From Antedon mediterranea (Eukaryota; Animalia; Echinodermata), in contig NC_092676.1 of NCBI RefSeq assembly GCF_964355755.1, forward strand, positions 23,764,871-23,828,870: 64,000 nt of DNA, given 5' to 3'. A model generated the notes under the pieces. That model was not told the DNA's origin and did no database searches. It worked only from the letters and a program-made list of their open reading frames with translations. Positions 35,219 to 47,955 of this stretch are shown here, one piece after another. The translations under genes and the position numbers were made by a program. Position 1 is the stretch's first letter; each line of letters opens with the position of its first letter.

Positions 35219-38200
35219 TTAAGTTAGCGTCCTATCGGTAACACCAACGCTACTTGACATGTGCTGGTTATGGAACTTTTTCCAGGCAGCATTGACCTAA
35301 GAATAAAATATTTAATTTCAATTTAGTAGGAATAATGTTTAAAATGCAGCAAGACCAGAATAAAAAAAATGCATAATAAAAATCGACGATTTTAAAGCAT
35401 TGTGAAGATAAATTGATCGCAATCAAAATGAAATGAATATTACTGATATAGCTCCATAATTTTTCCGGAACTTTCTTTCTTTCTCCGAAATTTTGTTTAT
35501 TTTTAAATTAAGATATTCTGTTTAGATTGTTACCTCTTTGCTAAGAAAACATTGTGTAAACCAGATGAGAAAACCTTGTAAAGACGTTGATATAACAAAT
35601 AGATATTGCAAAACGATGGAGTCATCAAACAGAGTTAAAATACCAAAAACCCACGTCAGTCCAACAACGGGGCTTAGAAGAAGAATTCTGTAAAACAGGT
35701 TCCTACAAAAAAAAAAGATTACTCAACTTAACGTTACAAACTAAAGAATAATCACCTAGGTCGATGTCTACTTTTGAAATCTAGATCATTATAATAACAA
35801 TTAATAATAGTCCCGAAACAAGATATTTGGTACTTGAGAAGTCTATACAAGGAGCTAAAGTAAATTTTGAAAACTCGCTTCGCTCGCGTACCATCTAGGT
35901 CGTGTCCACAGATGGTTCTCGAATACACAGTAATTTCAGCGTAAAAAAACTGGCGATTTCAAGTACGTACCGCAGGACTATAAATACATTGTCGTTTTCA
36001 GAAACGAATAGAGCCACGATGATTAATGTGGTCAACTAAAATTAGCACCCTGGGAATTAGGCCAACTTCCGAAGGAGAAACTAAAAAATGAGTCCAAAAT
36101 TTTGGAGTCCAGATTTGAACTCATTTAAACAAACCCAATTTGTGTTTTGTATATAACATTAGAGTTGAGGGATGGGGAAGAGGATGGGAAGAACACTTTT
36201 TAAATATATTCTTTATCCACTCAGTGTAACGAAATATTTTTATAGGCCTATCAATAATATACCACTAAACACAGTAAACATGTTACGATTTAAGACCTTT
36301 TTATAACTGTCCCTGTTATAGTCGATTGAAATAATACGACGTTTATATTTTTTAAAGCTATTAATTAATACAAACATTGAGAAGCAACTGTCAGTAATCA
36401 AGTTTTTATTTGTATATTATGTGTTTATATATCTAGCTGTAGAGCCTACACACAGTCACAGTAATAAATGTTCTTTGTATATGTGTTTATATAAACAGTA
36501 ATCACATTCACAGTAAGAAAATTTCGATTCAAATGGCGACCAAAAATGGGTAATACGTACAGTATTTACAATATTGTCAATGTATTGCAATACTAATACT
36601 ATATCTGTTTTAAGTTTATTCTCTAAGGGCCCATAAATTTACCTACTTGTTTTAAATCAAGGGCTCATAAATTTACCTACAAACTGGGAGTTTGATGTTC
36701 CATTCATCGCAAATCAATACATTTGTATAAACGAATATTAAATCTATCAAAATAGTATTTTTTAAAGAAAATCAACATTATGTTACTGTACTCGAGCTGT
36801 TCAACTGGTTTTCAGCTATTAAAAACTATTATTTTAGGAGGAGATCTTCGTATTATTGTGTGCAGGTATTTTTCAAGAGGACATACATTAGACAGTGTAT
36901 ACCACGATCGGAAAACACCCATATTTTGGGGCAAATCGTTGAACCTAAATTCGTTTAAATTGTCAATAACTAATTATCTAACTCAATTTATTAGTAAACA
37001 GGGTTACATCAGGTGGTTAAAATCAGTACCGAGATTCTAACCAACTTTATATACCATCGAAAATCTAGAAATAACGCGCAATTTACCGAATTTTGCCCTT
37101 ACGTAAATTTATATATAGATAATAATGAGGTAATAATTATGTATGTTACCGAATAGTAGTTAAACTCACCGAATATGTTGAAGGTTACTTTTATTTTCAT
37201 CAGATTGATGAGGCATACGAGCTTTTGTGTACGCCACATAACCAATTATACTCAGTTGGAAAGAAACAACCTAGATTCAAATAAAGAAAACAGTTTTGTT
37301 GATCATTTTATAGTAATAATATTTTCTTAATTGTTTAACAGTAACAAGACCATACTAACCACTATTGATATGATAACCGGGACAATAAATGTCCACGTGA
37401 CCCCAGTGTCAATATTTAACCAGCAACTACAAAATAATAAATAAAATATGTTTTATTATTAGGTTCAAATATTTAAATGTTGTTGTTTTTGCGTTTATTT
37501 TTAACTCCAAATTAGCAATGAATATACGTACATTTCGTCATAATTTAGACAAAAGTGTCAAAGTGTAAATATAAGAGGATATCTTACTATAATGTTGATT
37601 ATAACACTGATCCAACACTTTGGTAAACTGATACAAACGCATATATGTTGATAAACGCTAAAAGCTTTATTATTTTACCTCTTAGACGAGTAGTTCTCTC
37701 TCGTCACAGAGACTGTAACAGCGACTACTAAAAGAGGAAACATCCACCCAAATATTCTACAAAATCGAAACCTTTTCTCCGAATCATGGAATACATATTG
37801 GATCGACATGTACATGTCAGTGGAGAGAATAGTCATCCATGTAAACGCTACAAGTAAACAGTAATGGAGGCAAGAGGCGACAATGGAACAGGCGGTCTGA
37901 AGAAGAGCAAAACACATTGATAGGTAAATAAAAACATATTAGAAATTGATAGGTAAATAAATAAGAATTACTAATAAAAAAATATCCTATTTAAACCGAT
38001 CTAGAGCTTTTAGTTTTGTAGGATATTTAACTTAAAATAGCAGCAGTAATACTGATAATAACTTATTACAATATTCCTTCCAATCCTAAGGTCCGGGGGT
38101 TCAATCCTGACATAGTGCCAGGGTTTTAACTCTGACTCTTTCAACTCCACTCCCTAAACTCCCTAAATGTTGAATTAAACTTCGTCGTGAGCGGTTGTGT

Positions 38201-41200
38201 TTACTCGGACCTCTCTCTAGGCCTCAAAAGTACTCGAGCAGTCTAGGCGATACCGGGGCAAACAGAATTTTTAACCACTTCGCATTGGTGGCTCAGGGGC
38301 ACTCCCTAAGCCTAAGTAAAACAACGAAACCAATTGGTGGATTAATGGCCTTTTAATTGCGGTTTTCTCTTCGCATCGTAGTACTTCAACTACACAACGA
38401 AGCCATTTGGTGGATAATCAACGCTTTATTAGTCTACGGTTTCAGCAAGGTAAGCGTATTTGACTTCTCACACCTGAAACCAGGAAAAAATGTACATAAC
38501 CAAAGATTAACATTTTCCGACGAAGCCTTTTGGTGGATAATTTTTCTGTTATTTTATCCGATGAATCGTTTTTTGATGTTTCTATTTTCACTTTTAACAT
38601 TAACTGTATCGGTATTTTATATACCATTGGGTTGCTGAATTCTTGGAATTCCATTTGATTGAATTGTGGATACGCTTACAATTGTATTTTGTAACGTGGA
38701 CGGATACAGACGAGCTCAACACGAGCTATTTTTCGAGCAACGCGATCTTTTTGCTGGTCAGATACGGCATACAGGTAACCTTCCAATATGACTTTTAGTA
38801 TGGCTTCCTTTATTATCCATGCATCAGTGCTTGTTCTTTTGATTAACAATGTGAAGCATTTTCAACTTGTTGACCAATTTTTTAACGCAACCGCCGAAGA
38901 GAGATACGACATATCAGCCATTTTTACCAGGTGCAAACATTCCAACGCTAACTTTGCGGTCGCTGCAACAAGTGTCATTTTTGTATCGCCTGCCTATATT
39001 TACAGTTCCGGAAATTATCAAACAAGGAAGAATACGTCCCACATACACCGGACTTTTGATCTTAGAGGGAAAGGCTTACTCTTTGCTATCTTGCTTAAAT
39101 GTGGTGATATTTCTCCAAACCCGGGACCCGGAATCCATCTCAATGTGGAGGAAGACTTCAATGTTTTTAAAGAAAAGGGCCTTCACTTCATTCATCTTAA
39201 CGTAAGGTCAATACTGCCAAAGATGTCTGAACTCCGCCTACTCGCAATAAAAACCAATGCAGCCGTTATCTCTATATGTGAAACTATGTTGGTTAATACT
39301 GTTCCTGATGCGGAGCTCAACATTGAAGGATACAACGTTTTCCGTCGAGATCGAAATCGGTCTGGAGGAGGTGTTTGTTTTTTTGTCAAGGAAAGACTAT
39401 CTATACGCGAACGCCGGGACCTGGATTCTGAAAGTATTGAATCAATTTGGATGGATATTTTGCTTCCGAGGACGCGTCCTATTGTTGTTGGATCAATTTA
39501 TCGTCCACCAAGTCAAAAATATATTGGCTGCTATTCGACCAGATGTCGAAGTTATTGTCCTTGGTGACTTCAATATTAATTTGAAAAATGAATCTGCATC
39601 AATATACAAAATGTTAGAAACAACTCTTGAAACTTTTAGCTTTACCCATCTGATAAAGGAACCAACTCGAATTACTAAGTATACGTCAACAGTTTTAGAT
39701 ATTATCATATGTAACCATTCGCAAAAAAATTTGCAATCGGGTGTCATCCATGTAGGCATTAGTGACCACAGCCTAACGTTTTGTACTCGTAAATCTTTAA
39801 AATATAAATTTAACCAACATAAAACTATCAAAATTCGTTCACTTAAGAACTACGATGTTAATATTTTTAATGAGCAATTAACACAATCTGATTGGTCGCC
39901 TGTTCTCGATTCATCAGATGTGGACTTTGCCTGGTGCTCTTTAAAAAAAATATTTTTGTCTCTTATAAACAGAATGGCTCCTCTCAAACAGGTGCGCCTA
40001 AAACAAAAATCTGAAGAGTGGATGACACCGGAAATATTAAGTGCCATAAAAGAAAGAGACTCACTATTAAATAAGTTCAAGAATAACCCAAATAGGCCAG
40101 ACCTTTACGATGCATTTCGTAAGTTACGTAATCGCATACAAAAGGACATAAAGAAAGCAAAATCTGAATGTTTTTTAAATAAGGTAGAAGTTAACAAAAA
40201 TAATCCCAATAAACTCTGGAAATGCCTTAAAGATTTGGGATATAAAAATAAGCCACAAAAGGGTAGCACTGTTTCGTTAGATGTTAATGGGAATCTTTGC
40301 CATAATGAAAGCGAAGTTTCAAATTATTTCAATAAATACTTCGCAAATATTGCTTCCGATTTAATGAAGAAATTGCCTTCTCCCAGTAACCTTTTTAGTG
40401 TGGGTTTGAATGCCTTTAAAAATTACTATAATAGCAAAATCAAACATGTTTCTGGTTTTTCTCTCGAAGAAATTGACGAGAGCCTTATCGAAGAGGAATT
40501 GAGAAATCTCAACCCATCTAAAAGTGTAGGCCTTGATCAGATTCCTGCAAAATTTCTTAGAGACGGAGCTCCTAATATTAAAATACCAATAACACATATA
40601 ATTAACCTCTCCATTAAATACGAACGTATTCCCTCGGATTTTAAACTCGCAAAAGTCACGCCCCTTCATAAAAAGAATTCCAGAACTGAGGCTAACAATT
40701 ACAGACCTATAAGCATTCTCTCCTCAGTTTCGAAAATTCTGGAGAAGGTGGTATATATACAAGTTTCCGATTACCTGGAAAGGAATCAACTTATCTACGA
40801 TCATCAATCCGGTTTTCGTAGATCATTTTCTACCGACACATGTCTTATCCATCTTAGAGATCACCTTAGAGTTCAAATGTCAAATGGTTTATTTACGGAT
40901 ATGGTTTTACTCGATGTCCAAAAGGCCTTTGACTCGGTCAATCATGATATTTTGTGTAAAAAACTTAAGTATCTAGGATGCCGGTCTATCGGTTGGTTTC
41001 AAGCGTACCTGTCTGGGCGAAATCAGATTGTCGATATTAAAGGTACCAAATCGAACTCTATTGAGATTGGATGTGGAGTCCCCCAGGGTAGCCTTTTGGG
41101 TCCTCTCTTGTTTCTTATTTACGTGAATGACCTACCATCTAGTATCGAAAGTGATTGTAAAGTTGTTTTGTACGCTGACGATTGTGCAATTTTTTACTCC

Positions 41201-44200
41201 CATAAAGATCCAATCGCAATCCAATCTAAACTCCAAAACAATCTCGTATCATGCAATAATTGGCTGATCGACAATCAACTTTCGCTTCATATGGGTAAGA
41301 CCGAATGCATCCTGTTTGGTTCTAAACGTAGATTAAGCAAAGTAAACGAATTCTATATTGATTGCTTTGGAACGACTATAAATGGATCAAAATCTATCAA
41401 ATATCTAGGTATTGAGATTGACCAAAATGTATCAGGTGACGTCATTGCCCGCTCTGTTATAAACAAAGCAAACGGCAGACTGAAATTTCTGTACCGACAA
41501 TCATCATTTCTTAATTCACATTGTCGCAAAATTCTTAGTTTTGCTTTAATCCAACCGATGTTCGATTATTCGGTTTGCTCATGGTCTTCTACGGTAAATA
41601 AAAATTTAAAATCAAAATTACAAACGACTCAAAACAAAATGGTTCGTTTTATAAAAAAGTTAGGTCCCCGATCTCATGTTGGTCAATCTCAGCTAAACGA
41701 CGTTGGCATGTTAAAAGTCCAAGACCGTGTCGAATTTCTTAGAGTCTGTCATGTTTTTAAAATATATAATCATTGTTGTCCACCTTATTTATGCAATCGT
41801 TTTATTAGAATTTCAGACAGTCATAATTACAATACTAGGGGATGCAATTTTAATTTTAGAATCCCAACTATCAAGCCAATGGCACATGTGACCTTTTTTT
41901 ACAATGCTATTAAAGAATGGAATAATTTACCAATTAACATTAAGGAATCACAAACTGTTTGTTGTTTTAAAAGTAAAGTTAAAAAGTATCTACAGGAACG
42001 TTCACTAGCTCTAGAAACTATTTAATTAGCGCTTCTTCTTTTTTCGATTGTCCTTTTTGCTGTTTTTTGTAATTTTTTTATGTTGCTTTGTTTGTCTTTT
42101 TTGCTGTTCTTTCAAAGGACCTCATTGGAAACAAGTCCGTAGAGGACTTTTATGAGTTATCCTTGGCATCCTTGTTTTATATTGGTATTTTTATATTTGC
42201 CAATTTTAATTGTATGTCTGTGATATTTTATGTACTGATGCCGAAATAAATCAAATCAAAATCAAATCAAATCAAGCGTGGTTCCCACTAGCGACGCAAC
42301 GCAAGGACGTAACGCAACGCAAGTGAATTGACCAATCACAAGCGATAGCTTATTCGCTTGTGATTGCTAACTGTCTATAACTTCGCTTGTCATTGGTTAA
42401 AACGCTTGTGTTGCGTTTACGTCCTTGCGTTACGTTCTAGTGGGAACCAAGCTTAAGCCTCAAATGAGACTTAGTTTACAATCATGATAAAGTATTATAT
42501 AGTTTATCCATCCTGTAATTGGCGAGTCACTCGCTTTTGGATGTGTATAAACATTTAAAAAATATATGTTTACCTTATTTTCAATTTCAAAGACAATGGC
42601 AGTGAATAAACAGTTCGACAAAAACAGAGAGGCAACCAGATGACCCAGTATGCTGTAACGAAGTGATCTTCTTAAGTCGCTACAAAGAAATATTAGTGTT
42701 TGTATAATACACTGACGCAACTGAACGAATTGTATGCAACGTTTTGTACGTAACGGTTTGCACGTAAAAGTATGTACGTAACCTTTTTAAGCAAACATTT
42801 TAGCGTAATTTTTTTAACGCAAACTTTTTCCACTTTTGTACGTAAACTTTTTCAAACTTAAACGCTTGCGTTGCGTTTACGTCCTTGCGTTACGTTCTAG
42901 TGGGAACCACGCTTTATCTACGTAACATTTGTTTACGTAACATTTACGCAAATAAAAGCATTCATCAAACCTTAAACATGTGATGGTTCCAAAAGTCAAC
43001 AGTAGAAATATACTTGAAGAGAACAAGCCTATATACGTGATCACGTGAAGACCGACGTCATCCGTTATTATCTCCTCCTAAAAAAATGTCAAATAAATTA
43101 AATGCCTTGTTAACAATATCTTCTAAAGTATTTTATGTTTTATTTCTTTGTGTATAGTCGTGATTTGTTAAGTTCAGACTTACTTATGTTTTTAATTCGG
43201 TTTTCTGATGAAACAATTTTGAACATGTATTACAGTATTTTGGTCACTGACAGTTGGCGATGAGAGATCCAATTTCAATGATCAGTACCAAGTAATAAAT
43301 GAATAATTCCACCGAATTTTAAAAGAAGTAGAAGATAATCAACCTACCTCTTTAGTTCTCATAAGGACCGCAAATGTTGTTAAGTGTTCACACGAACATG
43401 TTACTCCTTCTGTATGGAAATCCTTAGATATTGTAACACAGCCTTTGGTTGACCATTCCCTGAAATTATTATATGAATACAGTAGAACTTACGACGTGTA
43501 ATAATCGATAATCAATCATTAGTAATAACCGATAGTTATTAATAATCGATAATTATGAATAATCGATAATTATGAATAATCGATAATTATGAATAATCGA
43601 TAATTATTAATAATCGCTAATTATTAATAATCGATAATTATTAATAATCGATAATTATTAATAATCGATAATTATTAATAATCGATAGAACATTGTTAGA
43701 TAATAATCCAGGGAAGAATAATTAATTCTTATTTTTGCTGTTTTATTTCAAATTGTTCAACTATTACCAAAAACAAAAAGCATACGATAGAATTGTTGTA
43801 AGACTTACCAAGGGTTTATTTCTTCGTTGATAAACGAGCAGACAGGTTCTAATGTTGTTACATTTTCATTATAATTAATCTATTGTGTTGAATAAATATA
43901 GCTTAGATTATGAAAAGGCCAATCTAAAGTCAATTTGTTAAAGATATATATAGGAAATTGTAAGTTCTTAACACTATTGATTAATGTTTTTCGGTTACAA
44001 TATGTCATCCAAGACATTTAAACCGTCATAAAAAACTTCATTATTGCAATAATGGTATCAATAAATACAAGTTACCTGTGTAGGTGGATATATTATTGTT
44101 ATTTTTACTTTGGAAATAATGTTACCATTGGCATCGTAATACACAACAGAGACTAAATCGCTTGCAACAGACGTATCCTCATCGGAAAACCTGGGAAGTT

Positions 44201-47200
44201 TGAGGGAAATTAAAGTCAATATAAAACTGAAAAACAGATCTAGGTGGAAGTGAATTGAGATGGATTTGAAGTTTGAATATTTTGCATAAAGTAAGATCCG
44301 ATCACCGCATGCAGTAGCCGCACCATCACCACAGCCACAACCATCACCACAACTACACCAACCATCATCACCACCACCACCACCACCACCACCAAGGTTT
44401 CTTAAACTGCGATAGACCACCATTTATCTTGATTCAATGTTACTTACGTCAAAAGTGGCAGGACGTATTCCAATTCCATCACAGACACAATAACGCTAAC
44501 TGATCCTGTGCAAAAAAATATATTGAAAACAAGTATAACTCAATGTGGTAATAAAATTATCTAGGTAGGCCTAGCGTCCTCATTTTCAATTATATCTTCT
44601 GAGCTAACATTTAAAACTAGGCTACTTGCTTTTTAAAAGTTTCACTTACGAACAAACTGTAAATACGAAAGTGGGCCTAGTCCTACATAAAGTTTAGCTA
44701 TAACATTACCGCTTGTATCACTGTCCGTTTGTAAAGAAAACGAAATGCTGTCCGGATCAGTTGTTATATATGTCAGGTCGATATCAGATGATGATGATTT
44801 TAAAAGCAAGCCCTCTGAAAAAAGAAATACAGTTTTGCAAGACTATGAGCATTACGTAACAAAGTTGTGTTTGGGTTGCAAAAAATGTCACAAAATAATT
44901 ATCAACATTGACCAAAAACTGGATCAAAACAAAAATTTACTTTCTTGAAAAAAATACCTAAATTATCTGTCACACAATGTTTTTTTTGATAAAATTAACC
45001 GTTTCTTTTCGCTTTTTATAACTAAATTATGAATTTTTTTTCTACAGATGTGAATAACTTTATTAAAACTGCAAAATGGCTTATTCAAAGTCTGATTTTA
45101 TTAATCTTAAATTGTTTGGTTTCGGCTGGGGTGGGGGGGGGGGGGGGGGCAAGCAATACAATACATCTTTAATTTAAAAGTATTTACCTCCAGTGTCCGT
45201 TGTGAAGTACTTCATTTCTTCATCTTCCAGTTGTTGAAGTTCTTCTAATTGCTGGGAATTTAAATCGTCAAGAAGTTGTACTAAATCTATGGAAATTCAA
45301 ATGCGTTAACATCTGTTGACAATATGATCGTTAGCGGATCTTTCAAACTAATTTACAACTGTAGAATCCCACTATGAAGCAAGGCAATCTATCAACAGGA
45401 TGCTGAGCTCCGGAGATCAAAGAGTTTTTCTGTCTGCGACGAAATACCAACAGTACTGTACTGTCGCAGCCAGACATAAGATCAAACGTCTGTTACGAGT
45501 TCCTATCTTGTCAAGGCGAGCTCAGCGTCCTGTTAAATTTCCTTGATAAAGCAATCCTCTTTTGTAACAATTATAGCATGCATCCAATTCAATCATGTCG
45601 ACGTTAACGTTTTCCGTCTGTCGACGTTAACGTTTTCCGTCTTCCGACATTACGCTTTCCACAATTTTTTTCCATTTTTGTCTGTTTAAGGCAGGATGGT
45701 TTGTTATTGATTGAACATATTGTTTAATCATGTGAGGCAACAAAATATAGTACAGTAATCATAATAATCACATCAGAATAGACTTACCAATTTCATTCGG
45801 TGTTGATGGGGTCTGCTGACTGATGGACCAATGTTTTGATACGTAATCATCTTCGAAAAAAAAAGAATAATTACTATGTTAAATAAAAATGGTCAAAAAA
45901 AATTAAATTGGTATAATGTGTAAAAATGTAAATAAAATAGTAATTTTAAAATTATTCCGGTACTTAAAACATTCATCATTCATACTCAAGACATAGCAGA
46001 TATACGCGACGTGCTCATATATGGATGATAATGACATATCACTACTTTTTATTTATTTATTTAATTATTTAATTAAATTATTTTTCATTTTAAGGAGCTT
46101 TGCGTCTAAAGCATTGGCTTACAGCTTAACCCCATTCACAACTTCAACTAATTTTGTATGTACTTTGTATTAATCTGAAATTGTGAATAAACAAAAAAAA
46201 AGGCATATCATCACCATATTTAGGCACATCACATTTTTTGTCAAACTAGTTTGATAGTACAGGCAGAGAACAGTACCTCGTAATTCATTCACACAAACTA
46301 CGCCTGCAATACCTTCATCACAAATAAATTCTCTGTTAAATCCGGTATGCATACACTCGCTGAGTGTTTTAGGATTTCCTCCTACACCGCACGACATGAA
46401 TTCAACCAGCGGTTGAAAATCATTATAGGGCGTGAACTGTTCTGAATCACTGGTATATGATACAACATCTTTGAATCCGGCTTGGTAACAAGCGACTGTA
46501 GCGTCCACCAACCCCCACTTGTTGCCGCATAAAGATCTCCATTTTCCGTCATAAAATAGCTCCACACGTCCTTCATTTGGTACCTTTCCATTAATCAATC
46601 TGATATCTGAGAGAAATGTGTACAAAATGGTTTTCTGAGCTTATAAAGGTTGTTTCTGACTGTAGGACGCAACGCAAAAACGTACGAGCAATGCAAGGAA
46701 TCTGACCAATCACAAGCGATAGACTATTCGAACAGTTGCTCGTCATTGGGCAACTTGCTTGCGATGCTCTTACGACCTGGGAAGCAATAAATAAAATCTT
46801 CTAACAACAGTGTTAGTTCGCTTTTGACATTCCTTGACATTTCGTTACTTTGCAGCATTTTTTTATGACGGCATTTTTTGTTGTTCCGAAATTGAATAAA
46901 TCAAATTAAATACAGTAGATAAAATATAAGATAATTGAATAAACTATAATTTTATTTATATAATAATTATTATTTCTCTATTTACCTAAAATAGAATTAC
47001 TACAGTTCACACCATCTGCTAATCCATCCAAAAGACAACTATCGCTTATATTTCTCCAGCCGTTGTTTTCGCATCTCAATACATTGCTTTCATATCCATA
47101 ACACATTACATTGTCTAACCCAAACGTGGTGTTAGTGATGTATTCCGACTCGTAGCGGATGTAATCAAAACAGACCCGGTACCCGAGTGAGAGGCACACA

Positions 47201-47955
47201 ACTGCGCATGCTCTGAAGCGAAATTTATCATCACCATTACTGAATGAATTTATTAGACCATAGCTTCCATTAAAATATACTTGGATATAACCTTCATTCG
47301 GGGCGGATCCACCTGAAACAATCATATCTGAAATATAAATTGGAAAATTCGGGAAAAAAAATACGAATAACGATGAACATATTATGCCTAAGGCCGCCAT
47401 CATAATTATGTAACAATGACATAAAGTCAGAAAATGCAATTACTTAATGTAATGAATCTAGGTTTATGCTTAAATCACATTTGTATTCAAAATGCTGATG
47501 TTAATTGCCTAACTGGTTATAAAGAAGATAACTCTTGCCGTTTCGTGGTCATCAGAACACACAATTCTATTATCCTTACCAAAAATGGTAAGGGCATGCA
47601 AAGAGCGTTATGAAATCCTTTATTCAGAAATGATTCGTATTACGGTATCCAATACAACGTGAAGTTACTAGACTGTTTTGTACACCATACATACCTCCAT
47701 CTTTGGGTTCGATGGCTCCACTATGAACACAAACATCTATAAAAGATTTAAATTACCGATTTTTTAATTTCAAAATTACTGTTTATAAAAAACCAATATT
47801 GACATTCAACTTCAGAATTGATTTTCCTGTATCATAATTTACAATGGTTAATTTATACAAAAAAAAAACACGTTTTCAAACAATTACAACTAGGCTAAAT
47901 ATAAAATGCATAAGTTCTACTTACATATAGAAAGTAGAATAATATATTTCTTCAT
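35219..47955 (-). CDS. Adhesion GPCR A: signal peptide, SRCR, SRCR, GAIN/GPS, 7TM; 18 coding exons, about 737 aa
   Basis: Exons 47925-47955, 47695-47736, 46986-47327 (SRCR1), 46277-46606 (SRCR2: IRLINGKVPNEGRVE..LCGNKW..AGVVC), 45788-45850, 45188-45286, 44710-44814, 44448-44505, 44076-44190, 43809-43879, 43348-43459 (GPS: WSTKGC..CSCEHL|TTFAVLM), 42971-43077, 42574-42679, 37679-37896, 37360-37426 (CWL), 37170-37270, 35534-35702 (GLTWVFG..SLQGFLI), 35219-35296. All introns are GT-AG, phases are consistent, and the total is 2214 nt. Confidence 0.88.
38070..38335 (+). mobile_element. tRNA-derived SINE relic
   Basis: CCTTCCAATCCTAAGGTCCGGGGGTTCAATCCTG is a tRNA-like head with a B-box, followed by a non-tRNA body; no complete cloverleaf. 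Confidence 0.55.
38690..42275 (+). mobile_element. CR1/L2-group LINE (family 2), long copy, antisense in an intron of adhesion GPCR A
   Basis: Leader-2A-APE-RT ORF, 3' UTR and (AATCA)n tail at 42245-42275. The 5' end is approximate. Confidence 0.92.
38788..42025 (+). CDS. LINE ORF: hydrophobic leader, 2A-like peptide, APE endonuclease and reverse transcriptase (one frameshift near 39515)
   Basis: LLKCGDISPNPGP, then HLNVRS, CET, YRPP | LGDFN, SDH, YRPIS, QSGFR, DVQKAFD, GVPQGS and YADD. ORF-track ORFs 38788-39567 and 39257-42025 join across the frameshift. Confidence 0.85.
42275..42453. mobile_element. Harbinger-like MITE (AGCGTGGTTCCCACTAG family); partial copies at about 42860-42913 and 46650-46780
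   Basis: TIRs AGCGTGGTTCCCACTAG..ACGCAAGGACGTAA / TTACGTCCTTGCGT..CTAGTGGGAACCAAGCT. Confidence 0.75.
43500..43686. repeat. 17-bp AT-rich tandem repeat (TAATCGATAATTATTAA)n
   Basis: Direct inspection; about 9 copies plus a degenerate left flank. Confidence 0.92.
44315..44394. repeat. (CCA/CAC)n microsatellite in an intron
   Basis: Direct inspection. Confidence 0.85.
45378..45550. mobile_element. MITE-like element; inverted second copy at about 62695-62885
   Basis: Inverted repeats AACAGGATGCTGAGCTC / GAGCTCAGCGTCCTGTT. The internal TCCGGAGATCAAAGAG and GTCGCAGCCAGACATAA recur reverse-complemented near 62760-62860. Confidence 0.65.

Noticed and set aside
38070-38115. tRNA gene
   Set aside because: Only an anticodon/T-arm-like stretch with a B-box; there is no acceptor stem or D-arm, and it continues into a SINE-like body.
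22200-42275. Prokaryotic retron, group II intron or DGR reverse transcriptases
   Set aside because: The RTs are fused to APE endonucleases and end in LINE-type 3' tails within intron-rich animal DNA.
44058-44423. Gly/Cys-rich 121-aa ORF
   Set aside because: It is a (CCA)n microsatellite read through into one real GAIN exon (44076-44190).
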